Of a stretch of DNA of 64,000 nt, positions 27,325 to 34,866 are shown in pieces; the first letter of the stretch is position 1, and every line of letters starts with the position of its first letter. Position numbers and translations under genes: made by a program. The stretch lies in IMG/VR virus record IMGVR_UViG_3300033120_000983, positions 113 through 64,112 of that record; one strand, given 5' to 3'. The notes below the pieces were generated by a model. It worked only from the letters and a program-made list of their open reading frames with translations. It was not told the origin of the DNA and made no database searches. This DNA comes from a virus. Taxonomy: Duplodnaviria > Caudoviricetes.

Positions 27325-27403
27325 CTCACAATCGTGGGGTGTTGGTTCGATTCCAACTCCGGGGTTTCCCGGATAGAATAATGGTAGTTCACGCGATTTT
27401 TAC
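27325..27403 (+). tRNA. Apparently circularly permuted tRNA gene (3' half precedes 5' half); anticodon UUU (Lys) or CAC (Val)
   Basis: 3' half AA-TCGTG-GGGT-GTTGG-TTCGATT-CCAAC-TCCGGGG-T (27330-27365), then 5' half TCCCGGA-TA-GAAT-AATGGTA-GTTC-A-CGCGA-TTTTTAC (27367-27403); acceptor pairs 7/7, anticodon stem 5/5, D-stem 4/4. Confidence 0.65.
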
Positions 27404-27466
27404 GCCGGGAGTTGGATGAAACGGGGCCGCTTTGCGATTGCCAACGCCATCCGATTCCCGGCACCA
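27404..27466 (+). ncRNA. CCA-tailed 15-bp hairpin (minihelix-like RNA)
   Basis: GCCGGGAGTTGGATG pairs with CATCCGATTCCCGGC (with G-U pairs), followed by ACCA; 1 nt before the next tRNA. Confidence 0.45.
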
Positions 27467-27467
27467 T

Positions 27468-27541
27468 TCCAGAGTAGATTAACAGTAGATCAAGAGCCTC
27501 ATAAGCTCTCCGTGAAGGTGCAATTCCTTCCTCTGGGTCCA
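27468..27541 (+). tRNA. tRNA with CAU anticodon (elongator Met or Ile2)
   Basis: Full cloverleaf: TCCAGAG/CTCTGGG, D-stem GATT/GATC, AGAGC-CTCATAA-GCTCT, GAAGG-TGCAATT-CCTTC, U73, encoded CCA. Confidence 0.85.
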
Positions 27542-27585
27542 ATTTTTGAAGAGAGGCAACGTAGTGAGCGCCGGTCAGGCCGCGA

Positions 27586-27628
27586 AGGCGGGCCGGAATT
27601 ATCAGGTGCAATTCCGGCCCGCGCCTCA
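27586..27628. ncRNA. Long hairpin with tRNA T-loop-like GGTGCAATTCC; minihelix or bidirectional terminator
   Basis: 13-bp perfect IR GCGGGCCGGAATT (27588)/AATTCCGGCCCGC (27610) at the convergence of the tRNA cluster and the 27626 gene. Confidence 0.4.
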
Positions 27629-28432
27629 GTAATCCTCTTCCCACTCACGACCACCGGGATAGGGCGCGCCTTTTCTGCGAGGTTTTGGGAACACCACGTT
27701 GTCCGAAGGCGTCTTTGGCTGAATGCCGGGCTGGATCGGGATCAATTCCGCGCCATCAATGGACATGGCGGAGGAGGAGGATGGAGTCGGCGGCGGGAGC
27801 GAGGGCGCTGGCGGTGCGGGGACGGGGCTTGAGATATCTTCCATTCTTGCTTTGGATTCATATCGGGCCTTTTCCTCTGGGGAGAGCTTGGCATAGCTTT
27901 CGCGCGCGGCGAGCACCGCCTGGTCAGCTGTTTTGCCTTTGGATGGACCCTCCGTAAACCGGGCACCGGCACGGCGACCGCGGAAGCCAGAGAGACGCCG
28001 GGGCGAGCCTCCGGTCTGTTCGTCCACGTAAGGAGCCAAACCAGCGTAGGACTGCATCGTGTCGCCGCCGCCTGGGGTCTGAGGTGCGCCATCGGCTGGC
28101 CGACGTGGCTGGAGGTTCCGGAACGCCATGGTGCCGAGTTGATTCTGCACCGGGTCATTGAAGCCGCGGGCGGCGCCGGGGGTGTTCTGCGCCATGGTGG
28201 CCGGGGACTGCGGTCGGCGCGGCGAGGGTAGCGGGCCTTGGAAGCCGGTGCCGCCGTAGGCTTCGCTCCGCAGTTGGTCCATGGGCTTCGCCATGTTCGC
28301 TGTAGCGACGTTTCGGCGGGAGGACGGCAAGTCAGCCGCGACGGCGGAACCAACGCCCTGCGGGGCACGCATTGGAAGGGGAGTCATGCCGCCTCCGGCA
28401 TCGGCGCGGCGTGGTTTTGGGAGAATGGCCAT
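27626..28432 (-). CDS. Pro/Ala/Gly-rich hypothetical protein (possible internal virion protein)
   Basis: Low-complexity ORF in the structural operon. Confidence 0.65.
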   Translation of the reverse strand: MAILPKPRRADAGGGMTPLPMRAPQGVGSAVAADLPSSRRNVATANMAKPMDQLRSEAYGGTGFQGPLPSPRRPQSPATMAQNTPGAARGFNDPVQNQLGTMAFRNLQPRRPADGAPQTPGGGDTMQSYAGLAPYVDEQTGGSPRRLSGFRGRRAGARFTEGPSKGKTADQAVLAARESYAKLSPEEKARYESKARMEDISSPVPAPPAPSLPPPTPSSSSAMSIDGAELIPIQPGIQPKTPSDNVVFPKPRRKGAPYPGGREWEEDY

Positions 28433-28478
28433 GGTGAGCGGAGATTACGGGATTCGGCCCGGCGGTAAAGTGCGGCAA

Positions 28479-29159
28479 TTATGCGGCTTCCATGAGGGCG
28501 GCTTCGGCATCGCGGCGGCGGCGGAGTCCGGAGATTCCGGGCCAGAGCCGTTTCATGGAACGAATCTCTGCGGCGATGCGCGGGCCTCGTTGCTTGGTGC
28601 CGATATTTGGATCCTTGAGGATGCGGGCAATTTGCAGCATTTCGGAGCGGCGGGCACCGGTCAGGCTTTGGCCGCGGTTGAAGACGAGGGAGACGAGAAC
28701 GCCCTGTTGCTCGGCATTCAGCACCCCCATGCCGGGGTAGGTGTCCCATGTGATTTTCTTCCACTTGGGGAGGGTGCATCGGTGGAAAACCTCGTCGGCC
28801 ATCGCGACAGTGATTTTCGAGACGTTCCGCATGCGGCTTTCCTGTCGCTCGGCAACCTCACCCTTTAACCCGATGACCGAACGGAGTAGGGCGATGTCCT
28901 TTTCGGGCAAGTGACGCCCCCAGCACTCCTGCAGGTAGGCGGCGGTGCAATATCCGAGGTCAAAGCCGTGGCCGATGGTGATGCCGCTGTCACCGGGAGG
29001 GCGCGCCCATGGTTGGTCCATTCCTTCAAACTCCAGAATCAGCGCCAACGCCTTCGGGCCGACAATCGCCATGGTGCCGGCCGGGCGGATGCCTTCGGCG
29101 GCGATGGGGTAGGCGGGGGTGCCGCGCAGTTTGTTGGCGATCCAAGTGAAGAAGTTCAT
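28479..29159 (-). CDS. Endolysin, T4-lysozyme/pesticin-like (GH24-related)
   Basis: LILEFEG, SGITIGHGFDLG, LVSLVFNRG, RRRDAEAAL motifs. Confidence 0.85.
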   Translation of the reverse strand: MNFFTWIANKLRGTPAYPIAAEGIRPAGTMAIVGPKALALILEFEGMDQPWARPPGDSGITIGHGFDLGYCTAAYLQECWGRHLPEKDIALLRSVIGLKGEVAERQESRMRNVSKITVAMADEVFHRCTLPKWKKITWDTYPGMGVLNAEQQGVLVSLVFNRGQSLTGARRSEMLQIARILKDPNIGTKQRGPRIAAEIRSMKRLWPGISGLRRRRDAEAALMEAA

Positions 29160-29162
29160 TTT

Positions 29163-29774
29163 TTATACTTTTGTTTCGCTTGGAGCTAATTTCCGTGATC
29201 TGCCGCAGCGAATGTTGCGAATCTGGTGGGCGCTTACACCAAGTTCCAGTGCGAGTTCAGTAGCCGGAAGAAATGAAGATCGGATATAGTTACATTGGGC
29301 GTCCGACAGCTTGGCAGACTTGTTTTTTTCGCCATGCGCCAACCTCTCGGGGTGCAAGCGTGCTCCGTTGGCGTCACCGCGAGCAAGTTTTTCCGGATGG
29401 CGTCTCGCTCCGTTTGCGTCCCCTATCGCTTTCTTGGCGCGCCCCTTGGCGATCATGTCATCTTGGTTGTCTTGGTTTGATCCAGCAAAAAGGTGGGCTG
29501 GATTTACGCAAGACGGGTTATCGCAGCGGTGCAGGCAGTGGCTCTTTTCCTCTGAGAAGACGCCGCTTGCAACACTAAACGCGATCCGGTGCGCCGAGTA
29601 GATTTTTCCCCCGACGCCAAAAAGACCGTAGCCCTTCGCATTCTTACTGCCAAGCCATAGCCAGCATTGTTCTGTTTGACCATCAACCAATGGTCCATTT
29701 CGGTCTATCTTTCTCCAAAAGTTGATCTTGTTCTTTGAGTTGAGGGCAGGTATCGAGGTTGCAGCAGCTGACAT
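29163..29774 (-). CDS. HNH homing endonuclease (HNH_3 type)
   Basis: CWLWLG...GYG...AHRIAF...CLHRCDNPSCVNPAHL; C-terminal GDANGARxHPE repeat. Confidence 0.9.
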   Translation of the reverse strand: MSAAATSIPALNSKNKINFWRKIDRNGPLVDGQTEQCWLWLGSKNAKGYGLFGVGGKIYSAHRIAFSVASGVFSEEKSHCLHRCDNPSCVNPAHLFAGSNQDNQDDMIAKGRAKKAIGDANGARRHPEKLARGDANGARLHPERLAHGEKNKSAKLSDAQCNYIRSSFLPATELALELGVSAHQIRNIRCGRSRKLAPSETKV

Positions 29775-29875
29775 AGTTGTTGTATGTTGGATGTTAGGGT
29801 CGCCCTGGTGCTGAATACACCAAGGCGACCCGTTTAATTGGATCAGGAAAAAAACTACGGCAAGCGAGACGATGC

Positions 29876-30169
29876 TCATTTTTTCTCGGGGGAAATGCGT
29901 TTTGCTACGAGATGACCGATCCATCCGATAGCGTATGATACCCATGGCCAAGCCGCGATTTTGGTGCCGAAAGCGGCGGTGATTGCTTTGGCTATGGCTG
30001 CCGCCTTATTTGAATTCGATTGGCTTGAGGAGCGGAGATCGATACTCCACTGGATAACTTTGGCAAAATCGTCAGCGGAAAGGCCGGGATTCCCGTCCAC
30101 TTTGGAGAGGGCGAGCACGGCGGCGCGGAATGCAGATGCTATGGGCGAAAAAAAGGTGGAGAATTTCAT
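29876..30169 (-). CDS. Hypothetical protein, lysis cassette
   Basis: Amphipathic with a C-terminal hydrophobic helix; coupled to the upstream gene. Confidence 0.6.
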   Translation of the reverse strand: MKFSTFFSPIASAFRAAVLALSKVDGNPGLSADDFAKVIQWSIDLRSSSQSNSNKAAAIAKAITAAFGTKIAAWPWVSYAIGWIGHLVAKRISPEKK

Positions 30170-30345
30170 TGGCGGGGTTGGGAAAGGAGGTAGGCGGCGC
30201 GGCGGGCTTCGAAGTATTCGGCGTCGGCGTGGTATTGCCGGAGGGCTTCATCATAGAGCCCTCTCTGCGGGATCAGGTCGCAGCGTTCCTGCCGGTGGCG
30301 GCACCCGGAAAGCAGCAAGCATAACAGGAGGGTGCTGCGGATCAT
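30166..30345 (-). CDS. Small lipoprotein (o-spanin-like)
   Basis: MIRSTLLLCLLLSG-C lipobox; ATGA overlaps. Confidence 0.55.
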   Translation of the reverse strand: MIRSTLLLCLLLSGCRHRQERCDLIPQRGLYDEALRQYHADAEYFEARRAAYLLSQPRQ

Positions 30346-30704
30346 GGGACGGGGATTGCCTTTGGTGGAGAAATGGTGTTTTTCAGCCGAATCAGGTCGA
30401 GAATGATGTTTTTGGCGAAGCTGAAGGCAATGTCCCAACGATCCCGTTGATCGTCTGTGGGGGCCCATCCAAGCGCCCACATTGTTTCATCGCGGAGTTC
30501 CGTCATTTCCTCGCCGGTCAGGTCAAAGAATTCCTCCTTCAGCGCCCCGATGCCCCGCAGCGCCCCGAGAGACTTCCGGTTGGCAAAAACAAACTTCACC
30601 CAGCCCCATGCCGAAACGCTTCCGGTCTTCCTGGCCGCACCGTAGGCGAGCCATAGTTGAACGAGAGCGAGAAAGAGGGCTTTGGTGTGGGTGATGCCTG
30701 TCAT
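30342..30704 (-). CDS. Hypothetical membrane-anchored protein, lysis cassette
   Basis: N-terminal TM helix. Confidence 0.6.
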   Translation of the reverse strand: MTGITHTKALFLALVQLWLAYGAARKTGSVSAWGWVKFVFANRKSLGALRGIGALKEEFFDLTGEEMTELRDETMWALGWAPTDDQRDRWDIAFSFAKNIILDLIRLKNTISPPKAIPVP

Positions 30705-31300
30705 ATTCCGGGAGGGCCAGGGGTAGGAGGAGGGACCGGGGGCCGGTCAGCGGGGAAGAATTTGCGGATGAAGCCGTTCGTCAGGCTCCGGATCACGTTG
30801 GGGAGCTCCCCTGTGATGGTGAGATAGATCGTGTGCATGATGGTGAACCCGCAGATGCCGCAAAGCGCGGCGACGATAACAAACGACTCAGGATACCAAG
30901 TCCCGAGGTTCGTGAAGTTGAACCAGTGAGTGAGCACTGGACGCGGCAGGGCGATGCCAGCGAAAAGCGTGCAGAGGGCGTTCAGGAAAAGAAACCCGGG
31001 TTTGATGTTCGTGGACGTGTATTTTTCGTGGACGAACACATAAACGGTAGCGATCACAGCCCCCAAAGCACACCATCCGGGAATGCGCTGGGGATCCATC
31101 AGGACCAAGGTCTGCGCGACGGTGAAGAGGAGGACGAGCGCGATCATTGAGGGGCTGCAATGTTTTGCGGCAAAGGACAGTATATCAGGCCGGGCCTGAC
31201 GGAAAGAGTGGGAAAGGGCCGTGTTCATCCCCGCCGACCCTGCGGTTTCCATGCCGGAGGAGTGCTGACGGGAGTGGACGCGGTAAAAGGCTGGGTGCAT
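30701..31300 (-). CDS. Multi-pass membrane protein (holin candidate); start uncertain
   Basis: About four hydrophobic helices; lies next to endolysin/spanin-like genes. Confidence 0.55.
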   Translation of the reverse strand: MHPAFYRVHSRQHSSGMETAGSAGMNTALSHSFRQARPDILSFAAKHCSPSMIALVLLFTVAQTLVLMDPQRIPGWCALGAVIATVYVFVHEKYTSTNIKPGFLFLNALCTLFAGIALPRPVLTHWFNFTNLGTWYPESFVIVAALCGICGFTIMHTIYLTITGELPNVIRSLTNGFIRKFFPADRPPVPPPTPGPPGI

Positions 31301-31325
31301 GAGGCGGATTGCATGGTTTCGAGGT

Positions 31326-31748
31326 TTAGAGTGCCGCACCTGGCAGTCCGGCCGCAGCTTCCGCCGCGAGGGTGGAATCGAGAACTTTTTGAGCGGCTTC
31401 CGCATCCGCTACCGATTTGGCGTTTTTCAACTTCTCCAACTGGATCGTCTTGTCGGTGCTGACGAGGTTGTTTTTGTGGTCGTAATACTTGCCCGACACG
31501 TATTCGAGTCCCTTGGCGATCAGGTAATTGCTCCACATTTTGTTCACCGTGTCCGCGGCGATCTTCAATCCTTCGGTCTGATTCATGCCGGCGGCGGCAA
31601 ATCCGGCGGCGGTGTGGTTTACTTCTTGCAGGTTCGTTCCGAGAAACGTCCCGCTGAACTTGCCGGTCGTCGCGTTCCCCGAGTAGTGACCGCAGGCGAC
31701 TTGGAACAACATCGGAAGCAGGACGAGGAGGATTGACGGTTTTTTCAT
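31326..31748 (-). CDS. Lipoprotein
   Basis: MKKPSILLVLLPMLFQVA-C lipobox. Confidence 0.6.
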   Translation of the reverse strand: MKKPSILLVLLPMLFQVACGHYSGNATTGKFSGTFLGTNLQEVNHTAAGFAAAGMNQTEGLKIAADTVNKMWSNYLIAKGLEYVSGKYYDHKNNLVSTDKTIQLEKLKNAKSVADAEAAQKVLDSTLAAEAAAGLPGAAL

Positions 31749-31836
31749 GCGGGGCAGGGTCGAAGGGTGGATCGAAAAGTAAAATGCGGGAATTAGGCAG
31801 GCGATTGAACCGCAACCAGTCATTTGGCGGGGGTTT

Positions 31837-34425
31837 TTACCCACCTACGATTGGAATGCGCCGCATTATCTGCCATCGGTTGGACGCAGCGTCCGCTCCG
31901 TTGGTGCATTCGATGGCGAAGCCGTTGTCATTGCTTCCCAGCGTGCTTGGACCGCCTGACGGAATGGTCAGCAACAGGACGCCACGGCTGAAGATGGACA
32001 CCCTCCCGTCTCCATGACTGGTGACCGTGATGGCATAGACTTGGTTCGTGGCGATGGTGAGGCCGGTGTCCGTATCCGTCAGGGTGGTGCCGTCGTGGAC
32101 AGTCAACCAAAGTCGCAGTTGGCGGATCTCGAAGCCCACGCCGCGCGCGGAAAGCGCCCCGAATGTCGTCTTTTTGGTCACCGCCCTGAAAATACCATTG
32201 GCGGAATTTTCGTTTGGCTGATTGAAAAGATGGACAGTGAAACTGAGCGGTTTGGTCCAGTCGAAAGACCCGGTGGAATTACTGCCGGTATTGGTGTTGC
32301 TCATCACAGTAGGCACCGCTGCCCTGAAAGTGCTGTTTGCGGTCGCGCCAGTGCCCCACAGGACATGCGCCTGCTGGGTTATTGTTGCGGCATTGCCAGG
32401 CGTTCCAGTGTTGGTGTAGACGGCATCCAGCGCCAAGTCCACAATGTTAGTTTTCCCAGCAATGAGGTAGGACTCATCAAATTGACGGGCCGCTATTTGG
32501 GTCAGCGAGTAAGGTGCCAAAACCGGGAAATCCGTAGGGGTGACGAACAGCGCGTAAACCTTGTCCGCAGTCAGGCCCACGAGCATATTTGCTCCCGTGG
32601 TCATGACCGTCATGTGGACCACCAGCGGCCGGTCCCCTGGAATGGCATTCAGGCCAATTCCCGAATCGGCAGTTCCAGCACCCAGCGAAATTCCTTCGGC
32701 GTATGCTTCCAAGGTGACGGTATTGGCGGAATTCCGGGCTTTCATCACCATCGCGGAAGCGGAGTTCATCACCGCAACCACTGTGACCAATTTCCCGGAC
32801 GGGACCGCAATACCCCCAATTGCCCAGCCTCCGGACGATGCCCGGTATTTCCCCCAAACGTCTTTGGTGGTTTCAGCTTCAATTGAGGCGTTCGCAGTGG
32901 CAGCCAGATTTGGGATGACGTCGCTGGAATAGAGGGTCGTCAGCGCCTCCGGAAGCCCGAACAACCACTGGCTTTCCCCGGCGGACATGACCGGCACCAG
33001 TGTGCCATAAGTGTCCGGCAGGCTGCGCGGAATGGCCGGAGACATGGACTCCAGGGAAGCGCCTTGGATGTTGCCAATTCTAGGAACCCGGTTGTATTTC
33101 CGGGTGGATGCCACGGCGTCAACCAGCGAACCAATCCGACCGGTTGGCGGCACTCCGCTTAGCTGAGAGGCCTTGGCAGAGAATGAAGCATAGGCGGTGG
33201 TTGTTGGATGAATGAAGTCTCCAGTGTAGGAGAAAGGACTCAGGCTGGTGATAACGGCCGTGTCATAGATTCGGCTGGCCCACTCATTCCATTCGCCCAA
33301 GGTGCCGGTGTCCGGTGGAGGACTGGTCATTTCATGATGGTCGATCACAGTGACATGCGGTTCCGTGGCGTAGGACAGCAGCAGGTTTCTCCCGTATGCG
33401 TAGGCTGAATGATTGGGGTCACCAGGCACAGCGTAATGCCCTGCCGGCTCCACATTCATGACAATTTGCGTCCCGTTAATTTTGCTCTGAGCAATCAAAC
33501 GGTCTTGTGCCGCCTTGTAGTCGGTCTGCATGTAGGCAAGGCCGCTATTGGCGTCGTTCACTAGCTGGCCAGACACGATTACATCGTGTTTCGCGGTCGC
33601 TGAAGTTGCCAGCAGATAACTATCAAAACCGCGGTAGGTGGAAGTTGGCTGGATGGGGGCCACTTCCCCACCGGTCGGAGCAGGGTAGACGAGCATTGAT
33701 TTGACGGCAGTTCCCCCGAGGGTTCCGTCAATAACATGGATTCCAGGGTTATTCTGATTTAATTCGACGGCCTCAAAATAAGCGTAACCGGAAGCCGGAG
33801 GCTTGATGGTAATTGTCCGGAATTTGTTATCAGTGAAGGCGTAGACAAATTCGTTATTGTAGCTTTGCGACCCCAGCGAGTTGATGGTTCCGATAACCGC
33901 ACCGTCGGCCTCAATGTCAAAAGACCCCCCATTGGCCTCTGTGCTATATCGAACGATTACTTGGCGGCACCGGCGACGCCAAATCAAAGCGGTCGAACTG
34001 GAATCCCCGCGCAGCCGGTCGAATGCAACACCTCCATACGGTTGTTTATACCAGCCATTGTAGGGACTGACGCTTCCGCCCAAAAAGGTCAGATATGGGG
34101 AAAAGTTTCCCGCGTCACCGTAATGTTTCACCAGGCTTTCCAGCCATTGCTTGGAGCCGGAGAATGAGCTGGCCTGAATGGAAGTGCCAATGTGGAAGAT
34201 TCGCACGGTGCGGAAGGACGCCTCTTGGAGGACTGATAGTTTCCCGTTCGGAATCAGGTATTCGAACCGGCTGTCCGCCTCAGTGAGGCTGGCGAAGTCG
34301 GCATCGCTGGGAACTCCCAATGCGGTGCGCATGGCGGCGGCCACACTGGACACCTCCTTTGCTTTAATAATCGGGACTCCATCCCGCTGAAGAACGCCTG
34401 CAACAATAGTTAGGTCGTCGGCCAT
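31837..34425 (-). CDS. Tail-associated SGNH/GDSL esterase (polysaccharide deacetylase-type spike)
   Basis: HIGTSI (block I), GTLGGT (II), QLVND (III), DFIHP (V); beta-sandwich insert and C-terminal lectin-like region. Confidence 0.7.
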   Translation of the reverse strand: MADDLTIVAGVLQRDGVPIIKAKEVSSVAAAMRTALGVPSDADFASLTEADSRFEYLIPNGKLSVLQEASFRTVRIFHIGTSIQASSFSGSKQWLESLVKHYGDAGNFSPYLTFLGGSVSPYNGWYKQPYGGVAFDRLRGDSSSTALIWRRRCRQVIVRYSTEANGGSFDIEADGAVIGTINSLGSQSYNNEFVYAFTDNKFRTITIKPPASGYAYFEAVELNQNNPGIHVIDGTLGGTAVKSMLVYPAPTGGEVAPIQPTSTYRGFDSYLLATSATAKHDVIVSGQLVNDANSGLAYMQTDYKAAQDRLIAQSKINGTQIVMNVEPAGHYAVPGDPNHSAYAYGRNLLLSYATEPHVTVIDHHEMTSPPPDTGTLGEWNEWASRIYDTAVITSLSPFSYTGDFIHPTTTAYASFSAKASQLSGVPPTGRIGSLVDAVASTRKYNRVPRIGNIQGASLESMSPAIPRSLPDTYGTLVPVMSAGESQWLFGLPEALTTLYSSDVIPNLAATANASIEAETTKDVWGKYRASSGGWAIGGIAVPSGKLVTVVAVMNSASAMVMKARNSANTVTLEAYAEGISLGAGTADSGIGLNAIPGDRPLVVHMTVMTTGANMLVGLTADKVYALFVTPTDFPVLAPYSLTQIAARQFDESYLIAGKTNIVDLALDAVYTNTGTPGNAATITQQAHVLWGTGATANSTFRAAVPTVMSNTNTGSNSTGSFDWTKPLSFTVHLFNQPNENSANGIFRAVTKKTTFGALSARGVGFEIRQLRLWLTVHDGTTLTDTDTGLTIATNQVYAITVTSHGDGRVSIFSRGVLLLTIPSGGPSTLGSNDNGFAIECTNGADAASNRWQIMRRIPIVGG

Positions 34426-34432
34426 GGTCGTG

Positions 34433-34570
34433 TTATTTTAAAATTGGAAGTTCCCCGTTAAGGATGATGAGTTCGCCATCAAGAAGAAGTATGAATCGAG
34501 ATGTGAGCCGGCGAATTCCGCGGAACTTCCGTGCTCGAAGAGTTGGTAATGTTGGGAGTGAGCGGCCCAT
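34433..34570 (-). CDS. Small structural-region peptide (45 aa)
   Basis: Manual translation MGRSLPTLPTL...LLLDGELIILNGELPILK fills the gap between two tail genes. Confidence 0.4.
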   Translation of the reverse strand: MGRSLPTLPTLRARKFRGIRRLTSRFILLLDGELIILNGELPILK

Positions 34571-34571
34571 T

Positions 34572-34853
34572 TTATCGGCGGACCGGAATCCAGATATAGG
34601 TTAACTCGCACGCCGTGTCTGCGTAGAGATAGATTGAGGAGAAGGCGGGAAGCGTGATGGAGTCTTCCGCAGCGATTACGGCGCCGGTGTCGGATGCTTC
34701 AATTCCGCTGGCGTCATCGATTCCAAAATGGAAAAGCACGTCCGGGTTCCCGGTCGGGTTCTGAATGTGGACGTCGTATCCGCCGGGGTTGTCGCTGGCG
34801 GGAGGATTGATGGTGACGGGTTTTCCGGCAGTTGTGCCCACGGTGATTTGCAT
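34572..34853 (-). CDS. Small beta-rich virion protein
   Basis: Pattern of small tail/decoration proteins. Confidence 0.65.
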   Translation of the reverse strand: MQITVGTTAGKPVTINPPASDNPGGYDVHIQNPTGNPDVLFHFGIDDASGIEASDTGAVIAAEDSITLPAFSSIYLYADTACELTYIWIPVRR

Positions 34854-34866
34854 AGGATCGTGTGGT

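Noticed and set aside
27304-27364. Ordinary or D-armless tRNA using an upstream acceptor strand (CGGCGGA)
   Set aside because: Only 5 of 7 acceptor pairs and no valid anticodon stem; the downstream 5' half fits 7/7 and 5/5.
27325-27403. Two-piece (permuted) tmRNA
   Set aside because: It has a canonical D-arm and anticodon stem, lacks the G3-U70 alanine identity pair and has no tag reading frame.
27568-27596. SRP RNA (GGTCAGG...GAAGG resemblance)
   Set aside because: Lacks the conserved AGCAG internal-loop strand and GNRA-capped helix 8 geometry.
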